A stretch of 50,014 nucleotides of DNA from Candidatus Pacearchaeota archaeon (GTDB lineage: Archaea; Nanobdellota; Nanobdellia; Pacearchaeales; GW2011-AR1): NCBI GenBank assembly GCA_016866935.1, contig VGKS01000001.1, forward strand, positions 1 through 50,014. The letters run 5' to 3'. The translations under genes and the position numbers were made by a program. Below, piece by piece: positions 35,510-42,489 of the stretch (position 1 is the stretch's first letter; every line of letters begins with the position of its first letter). Under the pieces are notes generated by a model. It saw only the letters and a list, made by a program, of their open reading frames with translations, did not search any database and was not told where the DNA came from.

Positions 35510-35581
35510 TGCGCCGACTGGGGATCGAACCCAGATCATCTGCGTGGAAGGCAGACGCACTAACCATTATGCTATCGGCGC
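35510..35581 (-). tRNA. tRNA-Gly (anticodon UCC)
   Basis: GCGCCGA-TA-GCAT..GTGC-G-TCTGC-CTTCCAC-GCAGA-TGAT-CTGGG-TTCGATC-CCCAG-TCGGCGC-A folds as a canonical cloverleaf. No CCA is encoded. Confidence 0.9.
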
Positions 35582-35605
35582 TTTATATTCTTTCATCTGG
35601 GAGTG

Positions 35606-35612
35606 TTTTAAA
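35606..35612. promoter_or_regulatory. TATA element shared by tRNA-Gly (-) and the methyltransferase gene (+)
   Basis: TTTTAAA, with its centre 28 nt from the tRNA-Gly 5' end (35581) and 26 nt from ATG 35635. Confidence 0.5.
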
Positions 35613-35634
35613 GCTTATGTTTACTAAAATAATT

Positions 35635-36237
35635 ATGAAAAAACAACAGATTATCTGGAATAGCTTATATAAGGAGGGATTGACTTGGAAAAAGAATAGT
35701 AAGATAGATCAAGATATAAGAAATAAGTCCGTTTTAGAGCTAGGTGTTGGGAATGGAAAAACTTTGAAAGCGATATTGAATAAAAATCCAAAACAAGTTG
35801 TTGCTATAGATATTTCGAAAGAAGCAATAAATTCAATTAAATTTAGAAAAAAGAATTTATCCTTAATAACAAAGGATTTTCTTAAGTTCAATACTAAAGA
35901 TAAATTTGATATGGTATTTAGCCATTATTTTCTAAATAATTTTGAAGAAAAAGAAAGAAAAGAAGCAGTAAGAAGAATAAAATTACTTCTTAATAAAAAT
36001 GGAATAATTTTATTTGAGGATTTTATGGTTGGAGACTTAAGACATAAAGGGGCGGAAATAGAAGAAAACACTATTGAAAAGCAAAATGGAATTATCTGTC
36101 ATTTTTTTACAAAAAATGAAATAGAGAAATTATTTGAAGGAATGGGTGTGGAGAGTAATGAAAAAATATTCAATCCAGTTAGAGGCAATAAATCTGTTAG
36201 AAGGAAAATTATCAAAGCGAAAATAACAAAATTGTAA
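35635..36237 (+). CDS. Class I SAM-dependent methyltransferase
   Basis: VLELGVGNGKTL motif I, AIDIS, FDMVFSHYFL and NKNGIILFEDF. The ORF-track N-terminus overlaps tRNA-Gly. ATG 35635 is preferred over 35617 on TATA spacing. Confidence 0.65.
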   Translation: MKKQQIIWNSLYKEGLTWKKNSKIDQDIRNKSVLELGVGNGKTLKAILNKNPKQVVAIDISKEAINSIKFRKKNLSLITKDFLKFNTKDKFDMVFSHYFLNNFEEKERKEAVRRIKLLLNKNGIILFEDFMVGDLRHKGAEIEENTIEKQNGIICHFFTKNEIEKLFEGMGVESNEKIFNPVRGNKSVRRKIIKAKITKL

Positions 36238-36416
36238 CGCACCCGGTAGGTCCTCGTAGTGTAAAACACCACGGGAACTCCAACTTTGCAGTTGAAGTAT
36301 TTGAAAATCCTATCAATTAACGCACCCGGTAGGTCCTCGTAGTGTAAAACACCACGGGAACTCCAACTTTGCAGTTGAAGTATTTGAAAATCCTATCAAT
36401 TAACGCACCCGGTAGG
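36238..36416 (-). repeat. Two identical 83-bp tandem units plus a third 13-nt copy that is the 3' end of tRNA-Arg
   Basis: 36238-36320 and 36321-36403 are identical base for base. Each starts with CGCACCCGGTAGG, the reverse complement of the tRNA-Arg 3' terminal 13 nt. The same 13-mer at 36404-36416 is the real tRNA end. Confidence 0.95.
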
Positions 36417-36478
36417 ATTTGAACCTACGACCTACGCCTTAGGAGGGAGTTGCTCTATCCAGGCTGAGCTACGGGTGC
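36404..36478 (-). tRNA. tRNA-Arg (anticodon CCU)
   Basis: GCACCCG-TA-GCTC-AGCCTGGATA-GAGC-A-ACTCC-CTCCTAA-GGCGT-AGGTC-GTAGG-TTCAAAT-CCTAC-CGGGTGC-G. There is one U29-C41 mismatch in the anticodon stem. No CCA is encoded. Confidence 0.75.
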
Positions 36479-36483
36479 AAAAA

Positions 36484-36568
36484 TGCGGGAGGGAGGATTC
36501 GAACCTCCGAAGGCACTAAGCACAACAGCTCTTGAGGCTGTCCCGTTTGACCGCTCCGGAACCCCCGC
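36484..36568 (-). tRNA. tRNA-Leu (anticodon CAA)
   Basis: GCGGGGG acceptor, 3-bp D stem, anticodon arm ACAGC-CTCAAGA-GCTGT, long variable arm, T arm GGAGG-TTCGAAT-CCTCC and discriminator A. It is separated from tRNA-Arg only by TTTTT. Confidence 0.85.
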
Positions 36569-36592
36569 TTAAAGAAATGGTGAGTAGTAAGC

Positions 36593-36600
36593 TTTATAAA
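36593..36600. promoter_or_regulatory. Single palindromic TATA box between divergent tRNA-Leu and 5S rRNA genes
   Basis: TTTATAAA, with its centre 28.5 nt from the tRNA-Leu 5' end (36568) and about 24.5 nt from the 5S 5' end (36621). Confidence 0.55.
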
Positions 36601-36620
36601 TCTGATATTTAGAGAGATTG

Positions 36621-36737
36621 TGAAGACGGCCATAGTGCTGGGGAAACACCTGTTCTCATTCCGAACACAGAAGTTAAGCCCTTCACGTCCGCTTGTTGTA
36701 GTCTCCGTCAAGAGGCGAACCAAGGATGCTGTCTTCG
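36621..36737 (+). rRNA. rrf: 5S ribosomal RNA
   Basis: Helix I pairs GAAGACGGC with GCTGTCTTC. The conserved core GCCATAG..GGGAAACACC..CATTCCGAACACAGAAGTTAAGCC is present. The ends are approximate to within about 2 nt. Confidence 0.85.
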
Positions 36738-36748
36738 TTTTCTTTTTT
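36738..36748 (+). terminator. Oligo-T terminator after the 5S rRNA
   Basis: TTTTCTTTTTT lies immediately after helix I of the 5S. Archaeal RNA polymerase terminates at T runs. Confidence 0.5.
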
Positions 36749-36800
36749 ATTATAAAGAATATATCCCTCTAATTCTTAGTAGCTTCGTGATTAATTTCAA

Positions 36801-37178
36801 ATGAATCCATTTTTCTCAATAAGTTTAATTACAACTTTCTTAATCCTTAGAAGTTGGGCCTATTTTGGATATAGGGCTAATGATTATTTTGACAAGAAAG
36901 AAGATCCTAACACTTTAATTGTGTGGCTTAGAATAAAGACAGGATTTGCGTGGCTTTTGATACACTTTGGAGTTTTAATTTTCTTTATGGCTGCTCTGCT
37001 AATTTATTTTAACGGGTTAACCTGGATTAATAGAGTAGTTTTAGGAATTAGTTTAAGCATAATTCTTGATCAGATATTTCCTTTGATAGGTAAGTGGTAT
37101 TATTTTGGTAAAAAAATGTTTTTTGTATCTATTTTATTACATATAATAACTATAATACTAGCAATTAGATTCGGTTAA
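36801..37178 (+). CDS. Small membrane protein (4 predicted TM helices), function unknown
   Basis: Hydrophobic 125-aa ORF. No TATA box lies at the usual distance, so the start and expression are less certain. Confidence 0.4.
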   Translation: MNPFFSISLITTFLILRSWAYFGYRANDYFDKKEDPNTLIVWLRIKTGFAWLLIHFGVLIFFMAALLIYFNGLTWINRVVLGISLSIILDQIFPLIGKWYYFGKKMFFVSILLHIITIILAIRFG

Positions 37179-37376
37179 TCAGGCTTTCTTGAACTTCGAT
37201 ACTTCTTCAAGAACATCTGCATGTCCTAGAATAGCTGCTCTGCAGCAGTATCTCTCTAAACCTAAATCTGTCAAAACCTTACCAGCTTCTTCTCCGGTGC
37301 TAGTTCTCTTTTTGTATTCTTCCCACATCTGACCGATAGGCTTACCACATCCAAAACATCTTACTGGAATTATCAT
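37179..37376 (-). CDS. rpoN: DNA-directed RNA polymerase subunit N (Rpo10)
   Basis: MIIPVRCFGCGKPIG..W..Y plus a C-terminal CCR motif, the signature of RpoN/Rpb10. Confidence 0.9.
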   Translation of the reverse strand: MIIPVRCFGCGKPIGQMWEEYKKRTSTGEEAGKVLTDLGLERYCCRAAILGHADVLEEVSKFKKA

Positions 37377-37397
37377 ACCAATACTGTTATTTGACCA

Positions 37398-37405
37398 TTT
37401 TTAAA
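37398..37405 (-). promoter_or_regulatory. TATA box of rpoN
   Basis: TTTTTAAA, with its centre 25.5 nt upstream of start 37376. Confidence 0.5.
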
Positions 37406-37431
37406 CGTTACTACAATAAGATAATGCAAAG

Positions 37432-37440
37432 TTTATTATA
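37432..37440 (+). promoter_or_regulatory. TATA box of the ABC transporter ATPase gene
   Basis: TTTATTATA, with its centre 26 nt upstream of ATG 37462. Confidence 0.45.
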
Positions 37441-37461
37441 TTAGAAACAAAGATTTTGTAT

Positions 37462-38178
37462 ATGGCTCAAGGTCTAATCACCCTCAAGGAAGTTACTAAA
37501 TATTACTACATGGGAGACTCGATTGTAAAGGCTGTTGACGGCATAAGCATCAAGATACAAAAAGGGGACTTTGTTGCAATAATGGGTCCCTCTGGGAGTG
37601 GAAAATCAACAGCCATGAACTTGGTCGGTTCTCTTGATTTGGCGACTGAGGGAAAAATAATGCTTGAAGGGGAAGATATCAGGAAATTTAGCGAATCAGA
37701 ACTTGCTAAACTAAGAGGAAAGAAGATTGGATTTATTTTCCAAAGCTTTAATTTAATACCTAACTTAACTGCCCTTGAGAATGTTATGCTTCCAATGCTT
37801 TTTCAGAATATAGAAAAAGAAGAAAGGATAAAAAGGGGCAAAAATCTTCTAAAGATTGTCGAGCTTGGGGAAAGAATGAATCATTATCCGGCCGAATTAA
37901 GTGGAGGACAGCAGCAAAGAGTTGCTATTGCAAGAGCCTTGGCAAATGACCCTGAAATAATACTTGCAGATGAACCCACTGGAAATTTAGATACTAAAAC
38001 TGGAGAGAATGTTATGAATCTCCTCGTAGAATTGAATAATAAAGGCAAGACAATAATCCTCATAACCCACTCTCATGAAGTTGCCACAAAACATGCAAAA
38101 AAAATATACTGGCTCAAAGACGGCAAAGTTGAGAAAGTTACAACAAAGAAAGGAATCTCGCACACAAGTAAAAAGTAG
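37462..38178 (+). CDS. ABC transporter ATP-binding protein (MacB/LolD-type)
   Basis: Walker A GPSGSGKST, signature LSGGQQQRVAIARAL and Walker B ILADEPTGNLD. The ORF track starts at TTG 37456; ATG is at 37462. Confidence 0.9.
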   Translation: MAQGLITLKEVTKYYYMGDSIVKAVDGISIKIQKGDFVAIMGPSGSGKSTAMNLVGSLDLATEGKIMLEGEDIRKFSESELAKLRGKKIGFIFQSFNLIPNLTALENVMLPMLFQNIEKEERIKRGKNLLKIVELGERMNHYPAELSGGQQQRVAIARALANDPEIILADEPTGNLDTKTGENVMNLLVELNNKGKTIILITHSHEVATKHAKKIYWLKDGKVEKVTTKKGISHTSKK

Positions 38179-38211
38179 TCGCTGGTTGGTAGTTCAAGAA
38201 ACGGGCAAGAC

Positions 38212-38218
38212 TTATAAA
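38212..38218 (+). promoter_or_regulatory. TATA box upstream of the surface protein/permease genes
   Basis: TTATAAA, with its centre 25 nt upstream of ATG 38240. Confidence 0.5.
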
Positions 38219-38239
38219 CCATAATTGTGCAAGCAAAAC

Positions 38240-39073
38240 ATGAATAAGGCATATATTTTATTAGCAATTGGATTAATTTTATTTGCAGGAACAGCATATG
38301 CAATTTCTGTAGATTCTGTAATGGTTGACGAGGTGGCTCCCGGACAAGAAGGAATAATAAGAATTAATGTAGAAAACGATGGTAATGATAATATTGAATC
38401 TTTATCCATTAGGATTAACTTTCCTAACTCTAACATAATCCCTGTTGGGCGCTCAGAAGAATTTTTGAGTACCCTAGAAGAAGACGAGGAAGAATCTTTT
38501 ATTTTCAGATTTAAAGTTTCAAACGTTTTATCTGCTGGAACATATTTAATAGAATATGATTTATCTTATGAACAGGATAACTCTGATATAGAACAAAGTG
38601 GAAACATAGGAATTGTAGTATCTGCTGAGCCAGAAATAGAGATTTCTGCAAATACTCAAAACTCTGTAGTTGGAATACCTGGAGAACTACAGATAAGAAT
38701 AATAAACAAAGGTCTTGCGGATGCAAGATTTGTTAACTTGAAGATTGAGAGTAAAGATTTAATTTTCTTATCTGAAAATTCGGAGTATATTGGAACAATA
38801 GACTCTGATGACTTCGAAACAAGTTCTTTTGAGGTTATTTATTCAAATAAATTTCCTTCGATTAATGTAAGAATTACTTACAAAGATTTCAACAATGAAG
38901 AACAAGAAATAATAAAAACTGCTTCGCTAAGAGCATATACCAATAAGGAAGCTGTAGAGAAAGGTATTTTAACAAAAAATAATGCCTCTAGATATGTCCG
39001 GGTTATTATACTGTTTTTCTTTTTATGGATTATATATAGATTCATTAAAAAAAGACGCAAGAAAAGAGATTGA
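38240..39073 (+). CDS. Membrane-anchored extracellular beta-sandwich protein (COG1361/CARDB-like)
   Basis: Signal peptide MNKAYILLAIGLILFAGTAYA, two Ig-like repeats (..IGTIDSDDFETSSFEV..), and a C-terminal TM with a KKRRKKRD tail. The start is moved from TTG 38225 to ATG 38240. Confidence 0.55.
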   Translation: MNKAYILLAIGLILFAGTAYAISVDSVMVDEVAPGQEGIIRINVENDGNDNIESLSIRINFPNSNIIPVGRSEEFLSTLEEDEEESFIFRFKVSNVLSAGTYLIEYDLSYEQDNSDIEQSGNIGIVVSAEPEIEISANTQNSVVGIPGELQIRIINKGLADARFVNLKIESKDLIFLSENSEYIGTIDSDDFETSSFEVIYSNKFPSINVRITYKDFNNEEQEIIKTASLRAYTNKEAVEKGILTKNNASRYVRVIILFFFLWIIYRFIKKRRKKRD

Positions 39074-39091
39074 CTTCTTTGGGAGAAGTAA

Positions 39092-40312
39092 ATGTTCTTA
39101 GATTATATTCATATTGCTTTCAAGAATTTAAGAAGAAGGGGAATAAGGAGTTGGTTGACATTGCTAGGAATATTCATAGGTATTGCAACGGTAGTTTCAT
39201 TGATAAGCCTAGGAGGGGGATTAAGACAGGCTATAGTTTCACAATTTGGAATCAGCTCTACCGAGGTTATACAAGTTCAAGCAGGAGGTCTTAATTCTTT
39301 TGGGCCGCCTGGGACAAGCGTAACTAACCCTTTAACTGAAGGTGATGTTGATGCTATTGAAAGATTAGGATATGTAGAAGCGGCAATTCCTAGACAGATA
39401 GTCACAGTCAAAGTAGAATACAACGACTTTTTAGAAATAGGAACTGCTACAAATATAGTGGATGGAAAAAACAGAGATTTATTATATGAAATATTAGATA
39501 TAGAAACAGTAGAGGGAAAATTACTTGATGAAGGAGATAATGGAAAGGTAGTGCTTGGAAATAACTTTTATTTTGAAGATAAAAACAGTTTTAAAAAAGA
39601 GATCAGAGTAGGCAATAGTATAATAATAAATGAAAGAAAATTTAAAGTAAATGGAATATTAAAGAAAAAGGGTAGTTTTATTTTTGACCAAATAATTATT
39701 CTAAATGACAATGATCTTAGATCAATATCAGCTTATGGGGATAGTGTAGACTTAATAGCGGTTAAAGTAAAAAATAAGGAACTAGTTGCTTCTGCAGAAA
39801 AAGATATAGAAAACTTATTGAGAGATAGAAGAAAAGTTAAAGTTGGAGAAGAAGATTTCGAAGTTTCCACTCCTCAAGCCGCTCTTTCAACAGTAGATCA
39901 AGTTCTAACAGGAATACAAATCTTTGTAGTTATGATTGCTGCGATATCTATAGTAGTCGGGTCTCTTGGAATAGTTAACACAATGACTACATCTGTTCTG
40001 GAGAGAACTAAGGAGATAGGGATAATGAAAGCGATAGGTGCTAAAAATTCAGATATTTTCTATCAGTTCTTCATAGAGGCAGGTTTACTTGGACTTGTTG
40101 GAGGGACATTAGGGATATTATTTGGAATAGTTATAGGTTATTTCGGGACATTTTCTATAAACTCTTTTTTGGGAGCAGCTACGACTCCTGAAATAAGTTG
40201 GACATTGATAACATTCACATTTCTTGGGAGTTTTATCATAGGAGCGATATCTGGAATAATCCCTGCTATAAGAGCTGCTAATCAGAAACCTGTGGAGGCA
40301 TTAAGAAGCTGA
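39092..40312 (+). CDS. ABC transporter permease, FtsX/MacB-type
   Basis: TM1, a large extracytoplasmic domain, then 3 C-terminal TM helices with ERTKEIGIMKAIGA and a ..PAIRAANQKPVEALR end (FtsX domain). Confidence 0.85.
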   Translation: MFLDYIHIAFKNLRRRGIRSWLTLLGIFIGIATVVSLISLGGGLRQAIVSQFGISSTEVIQVQAGGLNSFGPPGTSVTNPLTEGDVDAIERLGYVEAAIPRQIVTVKVEYNDFLEIGTATNIVDGKNRDLLYEILDIETVEGKLLDEGDNGKVVLGNNFYFEDKNSFKKEIRVGNSIIINERKFKVNGILKKKGSFIFDQIIILNDNDLRSISAYGDSVDLIAVKVKNKELVASAEKDIENLLRDRRKVKVGEEDFEVSTPQAALSTVDQVLTGIQIFVVMIAAISIVVGSLGIVNTMTTSVLERTKEIGIMKAIGAKNSDIFYQFFIEAGLLGLVGGTLGILFGIVIGYFGTFSINSFLGAATTPEISWTLITFTFLGSFIIGAISGIIPAIRAANQKPVEALRS

Positions 40313-41523
40313 TGATAAATAAAGAATTGATAAAGTATTCTCTAAAACATATCGTCCATAGAAAAGCAAGAAGTTTTCTTACAATATTCTCGATATTTGT
40401 AGGAATAGTTACCATATTCATATTTGTTAGTTTTGGACAAGGATTATTTGATTATGTTAATGATCTGCAGTCTAGCTCTGGTGCTGACAAAATAAGGATA
40501 ATCCCTAAAGGCATAGGTGCTCCTGGATTAGATACTACATTCTCTTTGACTGAAGATGATATAGAATCTATTGAAAAAACTGCAGGAGTTTATGAAGCAA
40601 CTGGGATGTACTCGAGAGCTGCAGAAGTCGTAAAGGGAAGAACTAAAAGATTTGTCTTTTTGGTAACTTATAACCCTGATGATTCTGGTTTAATAAAAGA
40701 AGTATTTACTATAGATATCGATTCTGGAAGAGATTTAAGGAATGGGGATGATGGAAAAGTTTTACTTGGACATAACTATAAGGTAGAAAATAAGATATTC
40801 TTGGAAGCTCTAACTTTGAATGATAATATAGAAGTTCAAGGTCAAAGATTGAAAATAATAGGTTTTTTTGATGAAGTAGGAAATCCGCAAGATGATTCTA
40901 ATATTTATATAACAAATAATTATTTTGAAAAGTTATACCCTGGTAGTTCTGGAAAGTATAATCAGATTATTGCTAGAGTTGATGCTAGAAATATCCCTCA
41001 AATAATTGATAGGATTGAGGATAATTTGAGAAAATCTAGAGGTCTTGATGAAGGTAAAGAAGACTTTTTTGTTGCATCATTTGAAGAATTACTCGAACAG
41101 ATTACTAGTGCATTAGATTATATTGTTTACTTTGTATTATTTATTGCGCTTATATCTGTCTTGGTATCTGCAGTAAATACAGCAAATACTACAATAACTT
41201 CCGTACTTGAAAGAATAAAAGAGATAGGAGTAATGAAGGCTATAGGTGCTAAAAATTCAGAAGTATTTGCTATATTTGTATTTGAATCAGGGTTCCTGGG
41301 ATTTGTTGCTGGAGTTTTGGGTATAATTTTTGGGTTCTTAATCACTTATGCTACTGGGGCGTTTCTTGATGCATCAGGATGGGGTTTCTTGAGCCCCCAT
41401 TATTCTTTAGAATTATTTTTAGGATGTATTCTCTTTGCTGCATTGACTGGAGCAGTATCTGGAATAATTCCAGCTTGGAGATCCTCTAAGATAAGACCTG
41501 TAAGAGCATTAAGATACGAATAA
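40312..41523 (+). CDS. ABC transporter permease, FtsX/MacB-type (paralogue)
   Basis: Same architecture as the previous permease: ERIKEIGVMKAIGA and ..PAWRSSKIRPVRALR. 1-nt start/stop overlap with the previous permease. Confidence 0.85.
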   Translation: MINKELIKYSLKHIVHRKARSFLTIFSIFVGIVTIFIFVSFGQGLFDYVNDLQSSSGADKIRIIPKGIGAPGLDTTFSLTEDDIESIEKTAGVYEATGMYSRAAEVVKGRTKRFVFLVTYNPDDSGLIKEVFTIDIDSGRDLRNGDDGKVLLGHNYKVENKIFLEALTLNDNIEVQGQRLKIIGFFDEVGNPQDDSNIYITNNYFEKLYPGSSGKYNQIIARVDARNIPQIIDRIEDNLRKSRGLDEGKEDFFVASFEELLEQITSALDYIVYFVLFIALISVLVSAVNTANTTITSVLERIKEIGVMKAIGAKNSEVFAIFVFESGFLGFVAGVLGIIFGFLITYATGAFLDASGWGFLSPHYSLELFLGCILFAALTGAVSGIIPAWRSSKIRPVRALRYE

Positions 41524-41526
41524 GAA

Positions 41527-42384
41527 TTAACGATTAAATTTTTGCATCATTTGATGCTTTGCTTTTTTTCTTCTACGAACAAACCAATATAAAATTATGC
41601 AAATTAAGACAATCCAAAAGATTATTGTTCCATTGGATTTTGAGGAATTTTCTTTTGTGTTCTCAAAAGCATATTCACTAGATTCTATTTCTTTTATTAT
41701 TTGTCTGCGCTCAGATATTTCGTCATTATACTCTAGTTCAACTAATATTTTTCCAGAACTTGGAACTGCATCAAAAGTTATAGTAGTATCTTCGTTAGAA
41801 TCTAAATCTCCTAAGATTTTAACATTTCCACCTTCTACTGCAATAGTATCTTGTTTAGGAATTCTTACAGTCATTGCTTGAGCATTTTTTTTTCCAATGT
41901 TTACTATTCCGAGTGACATTTTTTTAGTTGAGAATGAATAACTGTCAAGAGTTACTATAAAGTCGGTTCTTACTTCTTCTACAGAAATATTAAAGTCATT
42001 TATCTTTGCTAGTTGAGACTCAGAATTTATCCAAGTTTTAAGACTTAACTTATGGTCTCCATCTAAAACTGTCGAATCAACTCTTACTTTGTAAGGAACA
42101 ATCCAAAATGAGTTGAAATCTCTTTGATATGTTCCTCCTTGTATAAATTGAATCTTGCTATAACCTGGATCTAGAGTAAAAGGATAATTTTCCAAAAACT
42201 CCAGACTTATCCTACCACATTCAGGATTTTCTGTTCCAGATATTTGGAATACTAGCTTTACAGCTTCTCCAGGAATAGCCTCTACAGGATCTTGATTAAT
42301 AAGTATTGGATTCAAACTGCATAATGCGGAAGAGAATTGGATAAAAAACAAGCTAACAACTATTATCATCAAAACCTTTTTCAT
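41527..42384 (-). CDS. Membrane-anchored extracellular beta-sandwich protein (COG1361/CARDB-like, paralogue)
   Basis: Signal peptide, two Ig-like repeats (..LGDLDSNEDTTITFDA..), and a C-terminal TM with an RRRKKAKH tail. The layout matches 38240-39073. Confidence 0.55.
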   Translation of the reverse strand: MKKVLMIIVVSLFFIQFSSALCSLNPILINQDPVEAIPGEAVKLVFQISGTENPECGRISLEFLENYPFTLDPGYSKIQFIQGGTYQRDFNSFWIVPYKVRVDSTVLDGDHKLSLKTWINSESQLAKINDFNISVEEVRTDFIVTLDSYSFSTKKMSLGIVNIGKKNAQAMTVRIPKQDTIAVEGGNVKILGDLDSNEDTTITFDAVPSSGKILVELEYNDEISERRQIIKEIESSEYAFENTKENSSKSNGTIIFWIVLICIILYWFVRRRKKAKHQMMQKFNR

Positions 42385-42406
42385 AATCTTATTTATTATC
42401 TATAGC

Positions 42407-42414
42407 TTATAAAT
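42407..42414 (-). promoter_or_regulatory. TATA box of gene 41527-42384
   Basis: TTATAAAT, with its centre 26.5 nt upstream of start 42384. Confidence 0.45.
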
Positions 42415-42447
42415 GTTACAGAAAAAATAAACTTAACCTCATAAAAA

Positions 42448-42455
42448 TTTATAAA
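42448..42455 (+). promoter_or_regulatory. TATA box of the zinc-ribbon gene (leadered transcript)
   Basis: TTTATAAA, with its centre 38.5 nt upstream of ATG 42490. An AGAGG Shine-Dalgarno-like motif lies 5-9 nt before the ATG. Confidence 0.4.
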
Positions 42456-42489
42456 GAGATAATTATTGAGTGAGAGATAAAGAGGAAAA

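Noticed and set aside
35502-35634. N-terminal extensions of the secF ORF (to 35567) and of the methyltransferase ORF (from 35509).
   Set aside because: Both extensions read through tRNA-Gly; the GSIPS and GIEPRS peptides are translated T-arm sequence. Downstream ATGs (35501 and 35635) fit the gene structure and promoter spacing.
36298-36403. The 5' part of each unit in tRNA sense (TAGGATTTTCAAATAC) resembles the tRNA-Arg T arm (TAGGTTCAAATCC). This raised the idea of a split, permuted or intron-containing tRNA 3' half.
   Set aside because: No anticodon or D-arm equivalent exists. Removing the two hairpins would leave an 11-nt T loop. A TTCAAAT match is plausible by chance in AT-rich DNA. I kept this only as a weak note.
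36238-36416. Considered whether the 13-nt repeat with 70-nt intervals could be a small CRISPR array.
   Set aside because: The two 70-nt 'spacers' are identical to each other. The 13-nt 'repeat' is simply the tRNA-Arg 3' end. There are only 2.2 periods and no cas genes in the window.
36469-36723. 84-aa ORF on the minus strand in the ORF track.
   Set aside because: It lies entirely over tRNA-Arg, tRNA-Leu and the antisense of the 5S rRNA, so it is a translation artefact of structured RNA genes.
39070-39294. 74-aa ORF overlapping the start of the first FtsX permease in another frame.
   Set aside because: The permease frame (39092-40312) carries the conserved N-terminal MacB/FtsX pattern (..AFKNLRRRGIRSWLTLLGIFIGIA..). 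The alternative frame has no support.
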